Virus genome (UHGV): UHGV-0255373
Direction: 5' to 3' (one strand)
Origin: a virus
DNA: 46,830 nucleotides
Position numbers and translations under genes: made by a program
Part shown: in pieces, positions 35,842-45,744 of the stretch
How the letters are laid out: every line of letters begins with the position of its first letter
Numbering within the stretch: position 1 is the first letter of the stretch
Notes under the pieces: model-generated
What the model saw: the letters and a program-made list of their open reading frames with translations, nothing else
Told to the model about the DNA's origin: nothing
Databases searched by the model: none

Positions 35842-36921
35842 CTATAAATAATCAAATACAGTTGTTTGTATTTCTTTATTTTCTTCAAAATTTACAGCCT
35901 TGAATATTGCTTTAAAAAGGTATATCAACACATCTACTACAATAGAGTTTCCAGCTTGTTTATAAAGATATGAACTTTTAGTATCTTTGATTTTTTCAAA
36001 ATCTATATCATCAAAACCCATCAATCTAAAGCACTCTTTTTCTGTTAGGTATCTAATGCCTTCTGGAGTATTTACTGCCATTATCTTAGAAGTTGTTAAC
36101 GTTTGTGAGCATTGTTTACCAACTCTTCCTCTTCTTGTCTTGCTGTTTGGAAATGTAGTTGTTATAGAGTCATATAGATTACATTCAATATATCCTTGTT
36201 TAGTAGCGTTCTTAATTTTTAAAGGATCTGTACTTATAACTATTTTTTCTAATATGCTTTCTGGTACTTTGTACTTTTCAAATTTAATATTATTATCCAG
36301 TATATCTTTTAACGTTCTTTTAGTTGCTATAGGAGCTGGAAATACAAATGAGCCAGTGTCAACATCTTTTCTAATGCTAACAATAAACACCCGTTCTCTG
36401 TTTTGTGGAATACCAAAATCTTTAGCGTTTAAAATTTTCCAATAGTTGTTATATCCAGCTTCCTCTAAAGAACTTAGAACAATATCAAACTCTTTTTGGA
36501 ATTTCTTGCTTGTAAGGTTTTTCACATTCTCTGCGATTGCAATGTGTGGTTTTGTATCTTCAATAATTCGCAAAGCTTCAAAGAACAGCCCACTTCTTGT
36601 TCTTTCGCCATCTGCTTCAAATCCTTTTTGTTTTCCAGCTAAACTTATGTCTTGGCAAGGAAAACCATATGTAATTAAATCAATATCATTTGGTAGTACT
36701 GATGTATCAATCTTTGTTATATCGCCCAAATTAAGCGATTCATCACAATCATGCATCATTGCATATGCTTTACTTGCGTATTTATCGATTTCACAATAAT
36801 TCACTAATTCATAATTAACTTTTAATCTATAAAGTGCCTTTTCAAAAGCACCTATACCGCTAAATAAACTTAATAATTTCATTTTATAATACGGAGTAAC
36901 TCGAGTTTTATGTGCGCACAA
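35842..36921 (-). CDS. DNA cytosine-C5 methyltransferase (likely start 36882)
   Basis: LFSGIG, GFPCQD, ENV, QNRER and QAGNS motifs. Confidence 0.95.
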   Translation of the reverse strand: MCAHKTRVTPYYKMKLLSLFSGIGAFEKALYRLKVNYELVNYCEIDKYASKAYAMMHDCDESLNLGDITKIDTSVLPNDIDLITYGFPCQDISLAGKQKGFEADGERTRSGLFFEALRIIEDTKPHIAIAENVKNLTSKKFQKEFDIVLSSLEEAGYNNYWKILNAKDFGIPQNRERVFIVSIRKDVDTGSFVFPAPIATKRTLKDILDNNIKFEKYKVPESILEKIVISTDPLKIKNATKQGYIECNLYDSITTTFPNSKTRRGRVGKQCSQTLTTSKIMAVNTPEGIRYLTEKECFRLMGFDDIDFEKIKDTKSSYLYKQAGNSIVVDVLIYLFKAIFKAVNFEENKEIQTTVFDYL

Positions 36922-36937
36922 CTCTTACTCCTTTTTT

Positions 36938-38278
36938 TTATAATTTTATTCCTTTTCTTTTAGCAGTAACGAATATCCATCCGGGCTTATACCCTCGTTC
37001 TCTTGCTATTTTTATTAAATCTTCTTTTGTTTTAGCCATTCCGACTTCCATTCTTTGTTTTCTCTTATGTTCAGCTATAGCTATTTTTTCTTGTTCGCTA
37101 ATTTTTCGTAAACGAACTTCTTCCATACACTGCAATTCACGACCCTTAACCTCAAACTCGTGTCCACAGTAAGGACATTTATTTGCAGTTTTAAAAATCC
37201 TGAAACAATTAGGACAGTTTCTGATTGTAAAACTACCATCATCATTATTTGTTTTATGTTTACGTTTAACACCCTCCAAAGTCCATTCTCTATTCTCATC
37301 GGGAAGACCATGTCTTTGATAATTACCAACACAGTCAATAATAACTGCTTTTTTTCCATTACCATCAGGGGTTAAAACTCTCATACTCTGCTGAATATAT
37401 AATGCTAAACTTTGTGTAGGTCTTAGTAGCAGTCCTATAGATGCATTAGGCAGTGTAATACCCTCACTTATAATATTTGCATTACATAGAACTGTATAAT
37501 AACCTGAACGATATAAATCCATTATTTTTTTACGTTCAGTTTTATTCATCAAACCATCAATATGTACAGCTTTTATACCAGCTGAGTTAAACTCTTCACA
37601 TACTTTTTTAGAATGATTAACACCGGCACAGTAAGCAATCGCTTGTCTGCCATCGCCTAATTTTTTATAACTGTCTATCACATCACCATAAATGGCACTG
37701 TTAAACATAAGATCATTAAGTTGCTTACCGTTATAGTCACCACCTAATGTATCGATATCAGTTAAATCCAATGCTATGTCAGGAGCGTAATACTCAAAAT
37801 CTGCTATAGCACCTTGTTTTATTAAATATTTAACTGATACACCATTAATCAATGTATCGTACAATGTTAATTTATCTCCATTTAATCTAGTAGGTGTTGC
37901 GCTAAAGCCAATTATTATACAACCATAAAAATCGGCTATTTTTTTATAACTGCTTGCTTCACTCAAGTGACATTCGTCTATCAAAATAACCATAGGTTTT
38001 TCATGTTCCCCTAGATGGTTTACTTCTGTAAATACACTTGCTAATCTACATTTATTTAACAACCCTAGACTATCTATCAGTTCTTTGTGCTGACTAAGGA
38101 GCTCGTTTCTATGCGCTAGGATTAAACTATTGCCTTTGCAAGTTTCAACGAACTTAGCCATTACATAACTTTTACCACTACGGCAAGGTAACTGTATAAG
38201 GATACCTTTAGAACCTTTATTTATGGCTTTTATAGTATCCTGATAAACAGTTTCTTGATAATCTCTAAGCTGAATCAT
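36938..38278 (-). CDS. SF2 helicase with C-terminal zinc finger
   Basis: LRDYQ, SGKS, DECH, SATP, QQSMRVL, CPNC/CPYC. Confidence 0.92.
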   Translation of the reverse strand: MIQLRDYQETVYQDTIKAINKGSKGILIQLPCRSGKSYVMAKFVETCKGNSLILAHRNELLSQHKELIDSLGLLNKCRLASVFTEVNHLGEHEKPMVILIDECHLSEASSYKKIADFYGCIIIGFSATPTRLNGDKLTLYDTLINGVSVKYLIKQGAIADFEYYAPDIALDLTDIDTLGGDYNGKQLNDLMFNSAIYGDVIDSYKKLGDGRQAIAYCAGVNHSKKVCEEFNSAGIKAVHIDGLMNKTERKKIMDLYRSGYYTVLCNANIISEGITLPNASIGLLLRPTQSLALYIQQSMRVLTPDGNGKKAVIIDCVGNYQRHGLPDENREWTLEGVKRKHKTNNDDGSFTIRNCPNCFRIFKTANKCPYCGHEFEVKGRELQCMEEVRLRKISEQEKIAIAEHKRKQRMEVGMAKTKEDLIKIARERGYKPGWIFVTAKRKGIKL

Positions 38279-38280
38279 TG

Positions 38281-38751
38281 TTAAAATTGAGGACCATCAT
38301 CCTGAAAAATATCAGGTCCGCTAGTAACACTTTGAACCGCCTTTGATTCTTGCCATTGAGGTATATTGATTTGTTTTTCTCGTTCAATCAAGTAATGAAC
38401 TTTTGCTCTTGTTTCATTGTTATAAACTTCATGTTTAATGCGAACTGCACCAATTGCATTAACAAAGAATTGTGGTGTTACATTGGTTGTAGGGACACCA
38501 GCCATACCAAAACTATCCCATAATCTACTTAAATTAGTATTTGTCATTGTAGAATTTTTTGGATTGAATACTAAATACCAATAAATATTTGAATATCCAC
38601 CGCTTGGTTTGAAAATAAATTCCCACATATCATTACCTGATGATGTTTTTTTTTCTTCCATAGAAACAATTTTTACTCTTGTATCACCAGCTGGTGCTGG
38701 TTCAAAACTCACTTCTTTTACATCGTTAGGGTTAAAATTCCAAATTGCCAT
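38281..38751 (-). CDS. Single-stranded DNA-binding protein (DUF669-like)
   Basis: Follows Sak4; TSSGNDM motif; acidic tail DDGPQF. Confidence 0.7.
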   Translation of the reverse strand: MAIWNFNPNDVKEVSFEPAPAGDTRVKIVSMEEKKTSSGNDMWEFIFKPSGGYSNIYWYLVFNPKNSTMTNTNLSRLWDSFGMAGVPTTNVTPQFFVNAIGAVRIKHEVYNNETRAKVHYLIEREKQINIPQWQESKAVQSVTSGPDIFQDDGPQF

Positions 38752-38753
38752 AA

Positions 38754-39410
38754 TTACATATCTCCTTTATCTTTTCCGTTAAATATATTTTCGGGTTTGC
38801 CATATTTTCTATTAAATAGCTGGTCTTTCCCGTACATTTTTGCACTACCTACATAGTTGTAGTAATAATGAACTTTACCGTCTTGTCCAATTTTGTTCTC
38901 TACTCTGCCTACTACATTACATAAACCTAAAACACTATCGATAATTTTTTCAGGTAATCTAGGTTTGATTCTTTTCCCAATCGTTCCATCAGGCATTACA
39001 ACATCATCATCAAATGTTTCCCAACAAGTGAAGATAACATTACATCCTACTTGACCACTTGCTCGAGCAAGTCTTTTAAGCGCATGGTAGATAATCAAAT
39101 ACGCCTTTCTAATATCCTTATATTTTCCACTTGCTTCCATTTCCAAAATTCCTAAATCAAAAATATCACTCAAATTATCTAAGATGATGTTTTCGTATTT
39201 TCCACTTTTAACAGCAGTTTCAAAATCAGTTATAAAATTTTCATAAGTTGCAATAATTTTTATATCTAAGTTATCCCTTTTGAATTCAGGATTATTTAAA
39301 ACCACCTGACTATTGTCACTGCACATCAATAAATTCATTTTTCCATCAACTCTAGTAGCGTTGACAGTCTTTCCGCCACCTGATTGGCAGTAAATCAAAG
39401 CATTTGCCAT
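38754..39410 (-). CDS. Sak4-like AAA ATPase/recombinase
   Basis: LIYCQSGGGKT, IILDNLS, VIFTCWE. Confidence 0.82.
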   Translation of the reverse strand: MANALIYCQSGGGKTVNATRVDGKMNLLMCSDNSQVVLNNPEFKRDNLDIKIIATYENFITDFETAVKSGKYENIILDNLSDIFDLGILEMEASGKYKDIRKAYLIIYHALKRLARASGQVGCNVIFTCWETFDDDVVMPDGTIGKRIKPRLPEKIIDSVLGLCNVVGRVENKIGQDGKVHYYYNYVGSAKMYGKDQLFNRKYGKPENIFNGKDKGDM

Positions 39411-39411
39411 A

Positions 39412-40320
39412 CTAAACTTCCTTTCCCGTCACATAAAATATATCTTCATCACTCATACCTAATAAATCGCTATCGATTATTTTCAACTCTTTAGTCTCTC
39501 GACAGTATTCGCAATGGTTACAATGTCTTGCTTTTACATCACCGTTAATAATTTGTTTAATTCTAGGTAATATATTCTTAATGTGATCCATAGCAGTATC
39601 TAAATTCATTTGGTTAACCTCAACGATAGCTAAATCCGCTGGTTCTTCTTTTGTTGCAATTGCTAAATAGCAAGGCAATTTTTTGCCAAGTTCCTGATAA
39701 ACAAGTTCCTGATAAATTGCCAACTGAATATCGTAACCCCAGTGTTCAACTAACGACTTACCCATAACCCGTTCACACGATCTCATTATTTTTAAATCTA
39801 CAATTCTTTCACCATTGTAAATATCAAGTTTCCCCTTAAAAGGAACTCCTTCAATTTCACCAGTTACGATTTTTTGTTTTTCGCCAGTTAAGAAATCCAT
39901 AAACAGTTCATTATTACTAATTGTATTTATGATTTCTTGAGCATTTACAAAATCACTTTTTAAAGTAAGTTCATAACCAAATAATTCAGGCAATTCTTTT
40001 TTTATTTGAGAAATTTTATCTCTTTTTAGTTTTCCGTTTTTTGTAACAAATTCAGGTCTAATATTTGAAACACGTTCAGCTGTATCAGGTAATTCAATTA
40101 TCTTTTTATTAAACAATTCAGGATTATTATTTTGGTATTCACTTAATGTGCCTTCACACCAAGCATCTACAAATCCACCGACTAACATTGCTGTATTTTT
40201 TGTTAAAGAGTAGTCACCTTTATACATAGCCAATGCTGTATGTTCACACTTAATGAATTGTTTTAATAAAGATGCTGACATATAGCCTGTCGATTTATAA
40301 TAATTATCATTACTTAGCAT
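39412..40320 (-). CDS. PD-(D/E)XK exonuclease (DUF3799/RecE-like)
   Basis: MSAS..K.F..C, KGKLD...IVDLK, YDIQLAIYQ, C..CEYC. Confidence 0.85.
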   Translation of the reverse strand: MLSNDNYYKSTGYMSASLLKQFIKCEHTALAMYKGDYSLTKNTAMLVGGFVDAWCEGTLSEYQNNNPELFNKKIIELPDTAERVSNIRPEFVTKNGKLKRDKISQIKKELPELFGYELTLKSDFVNAQEIINTISNNELFMDFLTGEKQKIVTGEIEGVPFKGKLDIYNGERIVDLKIMRSCERVMGKSLVEHWGYDIQLAIYQELVYQELGKKLPCYLAIATKEEPADLAIVEVNQMNLDTAMDHIKNILPRIKQIINGDVKARHCNHCEYCRETKELKIIDSDLLGMSDEDIFYVTGKEV

Positions 40321-40463
40321 TTTTTCATTTCCTCCTTAACATTTTTTATTTCTTCTCTTAACTCTCTTGATAAATCAAAATCCGCATTGTCCCAATGATC
40401 TTTCATTTCTAACTCAAAAAGCTGACGTTCAAGATTGAACAACTTTTCCTTTGATTCAGTCAT
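40314..40463 (-). CDS. 49-aa coiled-coil protein
   Basis: RBS GGAGG; MTESKEKLFNLERQLFELEMKDHWD... Confidence 0.6.
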   Translation of the reverse strand: MTESKEKLFNLERQLFELEMKDHWDNADFDLSRELREEIKNVKEEMKKC

Positions 40464-40464
40464 A

Positions 40465-40944
40465 TTAATCCTCCACAAGTTCGATGAACCTACAAGAAGT
40501 GGTATTATGAAGATGTTCTAAATTTTTAATTTCCATTCTCCATAAACCACCTTCATCATCGTAAATTTTTCCGTTTTCTGACTTATAGATTTTTCCTTTC
40601 GTCATATTAACTGATGAACTTTCTACACAAACAAGTTTCCCATTGTAATATTCAAGACCGCGTTCCCAGTCCCAACTAAAAGGACAAGCAGAACGATTTT
40701 TAATCATTCCTAACGTTCTAAACGCATCACCTGAATACTTAAAATGTTTAACTTTCATAATATCCCAACTCGAATTATGACCGTGTGTTAAATCATCTCG
40801 ATAATAGTCAAAATTTAAATAGCAACCCGTTTCAGTATTCATAAGTACTGTTTTATTTATATCAAAATCACCTTTAATCAAAATGTATCTACTTCCATCT
40901 CCAAGTTCAAACACATCACATAGTTTTAAATCTTCTTTTTTCAT
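40465..40944 (-). CDS. Hypothetical phage protein
   Basis: RBS GGAGG before MKKEDLK. Confidence 0.65.
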   Translation of the reverse strand: MKKEDLKLCDVFELGDGSRYILIKGDFDINKTVLMNTETGCYLNFDYYRDDLTHGHNSSWDIMKVKHFKYSGDAFRTLGMIKNRSACPFSWDWERGLEYYNGKLVCVESSSVNMTKGKIYKSENGKIYDDEGGLWRMEIKNLEHLHNTTSCRFIELVED

Positions 40945-40948
40945 TTTT

Positions 40949-41407
40949 TTATCCCTCCAGTATATAAACTTCTTCGTATTTCCTATCAAATTTACTATGG
41001 TCGCTTACATATACATCAATTACCTTTCCTCTAAACGAACCGGTATCTTCAGCAGTGTAAATGTGACCGTCAATCATTATCTTTGAACCTAGGGGAATAT
41101 AATTTGTATCTACCCCTACCGTTCTACCCTCTACATAATTTGTACCTGAACGGGTTAAATATCCCGTCCACTGTCCGTTACATTCATAACAGCTACAGTA
41201 GTTAGTAATTTTGTAAATACCTAGTGATCTTCAAGCGGGTATCTCTTGCAATCCATAAGCAGAAGCTTCTTGTACTTCAGTGGGATATACTTCTTTGAAT
41301 TCAGCATCTACTCGTGTACATACGTTTCCAATAACGCTAACTACTAGACTTGCTATAATAAGAACCACTGCAAGTACTGTTAATATTCCACGACTTCTAA
41401 ATCTCAT
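40949..41407 (-). pseudogene. Membrane-anchored 3D-domain protein interrupted by an in-frame TGA at 41231-41233
   Basis: MRFRSRGILTVLAVVLIIASLVVSVIG...EIPA*RSLGIYKITNYCSC...TVGVDTNYIPLGS...AEDTG...IDVYV. Confidence 0.85.
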
Positions 41408-41483
41408 TGTATTTTCTCCATTTTTGCGCTATAATTTTTATGTGTGTTGTGTGTCACCGATTGCAGTCGGTGACACTATTTTT
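41407..41483 (+). ncRNA. Putative short antisense RNA including its promoter
   Basis: TTGTAT-N17-TATAAT (41407-41435), then GTGTCACCGA-TTGCAG-TCGGTGACAC-TATTTTT. Confidence 0.5.
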
Positions 41484-41680
41484 ATACCAATGATGTCATA
41501 GATAGTTTCTCTACTTAACCCTGTTTCTTTAAGCACTACATCGATAGGTAGCTCTGCTCCGTCATAATTCAAGTTATATTTGTGCTTAATTTCTCTTATC
41601 CGTGTATAAATGTATGTTTTTCCTCGACCGATAAATATTAATTTTAGTTGCTCAAAATTTAGCATTTTTAAAACCCCCAT
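41438..41680 (-). CDS. Small DNA-binding protein, possible excisionase
   Basis: Basic protein with GRGKTYIYTRIREI; follows the antirepressor. Confidence 0.45.
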   Translation of the reverse strand: MGVLKMLNFEQLKLIFIGRGKTYIYTRIREIKHKYNLNYDGAELPIDVVLKETGLSRETIYDIIGIKIVSPTAIGDTQHT

Positions 41681-42534
41681 AAAGGTAACTGCTCATAGTT
41701 TGTTAATTTTTTCTTCATAAATTTGTTAATAAAATAAATTTGACCTTTACCAGTAATAAAAGTAGTTTTATTGATTCGTTTCAAACCGCCTGAATATTCC
41801 CAAGTACTTTCAACTAATTCCATAATTCCTAATTCTAATGATCGTTGGGTAGGTTCATTACGCATACATTCACGTTTGATTAAATAACCTTCATTCCTTA
41901 ATACTTCAAACAGTCTATTTTGACCAATACTTATCCCATTTTGTTTTAATAATTTAGCTAAATCACCAATATAAATTGAATCAGGACTAGCGCTAACTGC
42001 CTCTGCAAACAATGCCTTTTCTTTTAATTGTTCGTTTTCTAAGGTTAAATGTTCAATTTTACTATTCGATAACAAAACCGCTCTAGCCATGATTTGCTCT
42101 GGGCTGTTCCATTTCTTTTCTAATTCAATAAAATACTGTCTAGCTTGTTTACCTTTCTCACTTCGCTGAAGCATCGAGATTTCTTTAGCCATATCAATAC
42201 TGATTTCATAATCCGTTGAAGGACGTCCACCTTGAGGGTTTTGGACAATTTTGTCCATAACTTCTCTAAAATCAATATTTTCTTGAAAACCGTATTCAGC
42301 CATTCTTCCAAACCATTTTTTAAATGGTGTTTCAATTTCTAAAAACTTATGTAACTCTCTCGCTGATAATGTAATGCGTTCATTATCATAATTAGCTTTT
42401 AATAATTTGTTTATTTTATGTTCATCCGTTTTTTTCTTGACTTCTGCTATTGCCTTGTCGTATTTTCTTTTTTCGTTCTCATTGGATAAAGTATACTTTA
42501 ACGCAACTTCAATAGCTTTCTTATTTTGACTCAT
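41668..42534 (-). CDS. Antirepressor (AntA/AntB N-terminal plus ANT/KilAC C-terminal)
   Basis: SARELHKFL, DMAKEISMLQRSEKGKQARQYFI, IGQNRLF, TGKGQIYF. Confidence 0.92.
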   Translation of the reverse strand: MSQNKKAIEVALKYTLSNENEKRKYDKAIAEVKKKTDEHKINKLLKANYDNERITLSARELHKFLEIETPFKKWFGRMAEYGFQENIDFREVMDKIVQNPQGGRPSTDYEISIDMAKEISMLQRSEKGKQARQYFIELEKKWNSPEQIMARAVLLSNSKIEHLTLENEQLKEKALFAEAVSASPDSIYIGDLAKLLKQNGISIGQNRLFEVLRNEGYLIKRECMRNEPTQRSLELGIMELVESTWEYSGGLKRINKTTFITGKGQIYFINKFMKKKLTNYEQLPLWGF

Positions 42535-42560
42535 TCTCTTCTCCTTCCCAATAAATTTAA

Positions 42561-42869
42561 GTTCTCGTTTAGCGAACTTATTATTTAAAAAAAATTGCTT
42601 GTACAGACTGGTTATAAAAATTCGCTATTTTTACCATTATTTCAGGTTTTGGTCTTCTGAATCCATTTTCGTAATTTGCGAGTGATGATTTAGCAATACC
42701 TAGTGAATTAGCTACCTCGTCCTGTGTTAAATTATTATCTTTACGTAATTTAACCAATCTTTCTGCAATTTTCTCGTTGCTGGCTTCCTTATTCATATTA
42801 CCACCTCCTTTATTCAAGTTCGCCTATCGCGAACAAATACATATTACCATTGATACATTTAGTTGTCAA
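42561..42869. promoter_or_regulatory. Lytic promoter and GTTC(G/T)C-N5-GCGAAC operators
   Basis: Operators at 42561-77 and 42818-34; minus TTGACA-N17-TAATAT (42869-42841). Confidence 0.65.
42581..42796 (-). CDS. Cro-like HTH repressor
   Basis: XRE HTH divergent from the cI-like gene; RBS AGGAGGTG. Confidence 0.85.
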   Translation of the reverse strand: MNKEASNEKIAERLVKLRKDNNLTQDEVANSLGIAKSSLANYENGFRRPKPEIMVKIANFYNQSVQAIFFK

Positions 42870-42941
42870 TTCAATTCGCAAACTTTTTTGTTTTAAAAGT
42901 TTGCATTTTGAGTTATAATAGATTTGTAGGAGGTGATATAG

Positions 42942-43313
42942 ATGGACACAAACAAAGAAATTGGTAAAAGGATCAAAGAAGTTAGAAATAATAAAAATAT
43001 TTCTCAAGTTGACCTAGCTAAACAAATTGGTGTGGCAAAGAGTACCTTAGCTGGATACGAAAGTGGCTATAGAGCTCCAAACTACGAAATATTAAAAAAA
43101 ATAGCTAATATTCTTTGTTGTACAGTAGAATATTTAATAATGGGAGAAGATGAAGAACCTGATTTAGATATCATTTCAAAGATTGATAAAATTATGTCAG
43201 GAGAGAGTGAAGAAAGAAAAAATCTTGTAAAAGCAATAGTTGACTTCTCGGACGAAGATATACTGTTGCTTGATAAGATAATAAAAGGTTTTGGGAACAA
43301 AAAAACCGATTAA
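42942..43313 (+). CDS. CI-like immunity repressor (XRE, no peptidase domain)
   Basis: SQVDLAKQIGVAKSTLAGYESG. Confidence 0.88.
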   Translation: MDTNKEIGKRIKEVRNNKNISQVDLAKQIGVAKSTLAGYESGYRAPNYEILKKIANILCCTVEYLIMGEDEEPDLDIISKIDKIMSGESEERKNLVKAIVDFSDEDILLLDKIIKGFGNKKTD

Positions 43314-43315
43314 TA

Positions 43316-43501
43316 TTAATCGGTTTCATGGCGAGCTTGCACCAAACATTTAATTATAAGTTTCAAAACTCGCGTATTATGAACTTCTTTTAAAAGCTCT
43401 GTTATGTGGGATTTAAGTAACTTTTCATAATTTAAGTCCATAATAACACCCCCTCTTATGTCATTTTTGGGATAGAGAAGTGTAATTACATTATATAACA
43501 A
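43316..43501 (-). CDS. Small hypothetical protein (likely start MDLNYEK)
   Basis: RBS GAGGGGGTG before an internal ATG. Confidence 0.5.
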   Translation of the reverse strand: MLYNVITLLYPKNDIRGGVIMDLNYEKLLKSHITELLKEVHNTRVLKLIIKCLVQARHETD

Positions 43502-43555
43502 TCTGAATCCAAAATGTTAAAACGAGGGCATTTGTCCGATTTCTCGGACGGAATT

Positions 43556-43756
43556 TTATTTATATGGTGAATCATATAAATCTGAAATACGTACATTAAG
43601 TGCTATAGCAATTTTTTCCATAGAATCCATTCTAGGAATTGATTTACCATTTTCAAAATCATTTAAAGTTGACTTTGAAATACCGCTATGGATTGCAAGT
43701 TTTCTGATTGAAAATCTTTTATTGTTTCTTACTTCCGAAATTTTTATTTTTAACAT
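43556..43756 (-). CDS. XRE-family HTH protein
   Basis: SIRKLAIHSGISKSTLNDFENGK. Confidence 0.85.
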   Translation of the reverse strand: MLKIKISEVRNNKRFSIRKLAIHSGISKSTLNDFENGKSIPRMDSMEKIAIALNVRISDLYDSPYK

Positions 43757-43820
43757 ATCAGGTACCTCCTTTTTAGGAGTTTACCCTAAAACAAAAATAT
43801 ATAATCAGGGAGAGATATTT

Positions 43821-44528
43821 ATGAAAAAAATATTTAAAAGTTTATTGGTTTTATTATTGTGTTTTGGTTTTGTAGGATGTAGTAAAGAAAAAAATAGCAT
43901 CACTATCGAGGATGTAAATATCAAAACTGGCGAATTAGGTACTGTTGAAATCAAAAAAAATAATAGTAATTTTGGAATTAAAAGTAAAAAAATTATTTTT
44001 GATGACGATTCGATAGCAGAAGCAAGTAGTGATTTTATTACTGCTTTAAAAGCAGGAGAAACAAACTTCTACTTAGAAATCGAAACTTCAGATGGCGAAA
44101 CAATTAAGAGTAATACCGCAAAATTAACTGTAACAGAAAAAGAAACTACATTTGTATCAAATGATGAAACATACAAAAAATTAGTTAATAATGGTTATAA
44201 ATTTGAAAGACTAAACGATCCCAGCTACTTAGTAAAAGTAGGTGTTTCGAAAGATGATATAGCTATACTCTTATTAATTTCTAAAAGCGATGATGCAATC
44301 GGTGGTACTAGCATTAACTGCGTTTATAAAAATAGCGGTATCAATAATTCTCAATACCATATAATAAATCCGTTCCCCGATGCAACTGTTAAAGATGATT
44401 TTTCTAGTGATGATGTTTTAAAACAAAAAGCTGATTTTGGAAAATGGCTTTCAACTTATAATCTAGGTGCTACAGAAATAATTAGTGTTCTCACATATTA
44501 TTATAGTTATGGATATTTAATAAATTAA
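43821..44528 (+). CDS. Lipoprotein with an Ig-like (Big_2-like) domain; possible superinfection exclusion
   Basis: MKKIFKSLLVLLLCFGFVGC lipobox; ITALKAGET...LTVT; lies between repressor and integrase. Confidence 0.75.
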   Translation: MKKIFKSLLVLLLCFGFVGCSKEKNSITIEDVNIKTGELGTVEIKKNNSNFGIKSKKIIFDDDSIAEASSDFITALKAGETNFYLEIETSDGETIKSNTAKLTVTEKETTFVSNDETYKKLVNNGYKFERLNDPSYLVKVGVSKDDIAILLLISKSDDAIGGTSINCVYKNSGINNSQYHIINPFPDATVKDDFSSDDVLKQKADFGKWLSTYNLGATEIISVLTYYYSYGYLIN

Positions 44529-44531
44529 TAC

Positions 44532-44640
44532 AAAAAAACCACCCCACTGCAATGGGATGGTTAAAGTGATACTGCAATATCACTGAGCATAATAAAATTA
44601 TCTTTCGGTCGATAGTTTTTATTATGCTCCTATTATAACA
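44532..44640 (-). ncRNA. Putative antisense RNA to the integrase leader
   Basis: Extended -10 TGTTATAAT near 44640, three hairpins, the last followed by T7. Confidence 0.5.
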
Positions 44641-44659
44641 AATAAAGGAGTAAAATAAA

Positions 44660-45709
44660 ATGGCAAAGGAATATAAAGTCCGAATATTAAAAAACGGCGA
44701 AAAACGGTACATTTTTGACGTGAATATAGGATATAGAGCAGATGGGAGCAGAATTAGAAAAACTGTTACATCAAAATCTATAAAAGATGGTAGAAAAAAA
44801 GTGGCAGAATTAACATTAAATAACAATGGTAAAACTGTTTTACAAAAAAATAATATCTTTTCTGATGTATATGATTTATATATTGTAGACTGCAAAAAAA
44901 GAAATCTTTCACAGAACACCTTGAATAACATAGAAAAAACATGGAGAAAAAAATATAAAAGATTTGAAGGAGTAAAACTAAATAAAATAAAAGATATTGA
45001 TATAATAGAATGGATCAAAGACATTAGTAATGATTTATCACCACGTACTGTTAAGACAAGAGAAGGCGGTTTGAATAGTTTTTTTAATTGGTGCTTAAAA
45101 AGAAAATATATAGATATTAACCCATTTATTTTTGTTAATAGGACTAAAGTTTCTAAACCTGAAATTACATTTTGGACCGAGGAACAATTTGAAAAGTTTA
45201 TATCTACTATAACACACAACACACACAATTTAATTTTCACAACATTATTTTATACTGGATTGCGTAAAAGTGAATTATGCGGACTAGATATAACAGACTT
45301 AGATATAAAAAATAATGAATTACATTTGTCACATACAGTTAAACGCCAAGGAAATAAGACTATAATTACTACAGTGTTTAAAAACAATCATTCTAAGAGA
45401 ATCGTGCCAATACCTGATTGGCTAACACCTAGACTTGAAGAATTTATGAAAGAAAAAAAATATCCTTTTAAAGGATGCTATACAAATTTAAATGATACAC
45501 TTAATAATTACATCAAGGATATGGATTTGCCTAAAATAACAGTACATGGGTTGAGACATAGCTATATATCGATGCTGATATCTAAAGGTGTTGAACTTTT
45601 TACAATTTCTCAAATGGCTGGGCACAATGATATTAAAACAACTTCAAATACATACGGTCATTTATATTCTAGTGAAAGAAAGCGAATAACATCATTGTTT
45701 AAAAAATAA
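44660..45709 (+). CDS. int: Tyrosine integrase
   Basis: TGLRKSE, HGLRHS, AGHNDIKTTSNTYGH. Confidence 0.96.
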   Translation: MAKEYKVRILKNGEKRYIFDVNIGYRADGSRIRKTVTSKSIKDGRKKVAELTLNNNGKTVLQKNNIFSDVYDLYIVDCKKRNLSQNTLNNIEKTWRKKYKRFEGVKLNKIKDIDIIEWIKDISNDLSPRTVKTREGGLNSFFNWCLKRKYIDINPFIFVNRTKVSKPEITFWTEEQFEKFISTITHNTHNLIFTTLFYTGLRKSELCGLDITDLDIKNNELHLSHTVKRQGNKTIITTVFKNNHSKRIVPIPDWLTPRLEEFMKEKKYPFKGCYTNLNDTLNNYIKDMDLPKITVHGLRHSYISMLISKGVELFTISQMAGHNDIKTTSNTYGHLYSSERKRITSLFKK

Positions 45710-45738
45710 AAAAAAACACTCATTAGGGTGTTTTTTTT
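45709..45738 (+). terminator. Terminator after int
   Basis: A-run-CACTC-atta-GGGTG-T8. Confidence 0.7.
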
Positions 45739-45744
45739 ATTTTA

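Noticed and set aside
41231..41233. Genome-wide TGA recoding
   Set aside because: TGA is a normal stop elsewhere (e.g. the recombinase at 23267 and the ATGA overlap at 14979)
44647..44977. GGAGTAAAA at the int SD and inside int as extra arm sites
   Set aside because: Single copies explained by SD and codon composition
44491..45240. 249-aa minus-strand ORF
   Set aside because: Antisense to the integrase, with shadow-like composition
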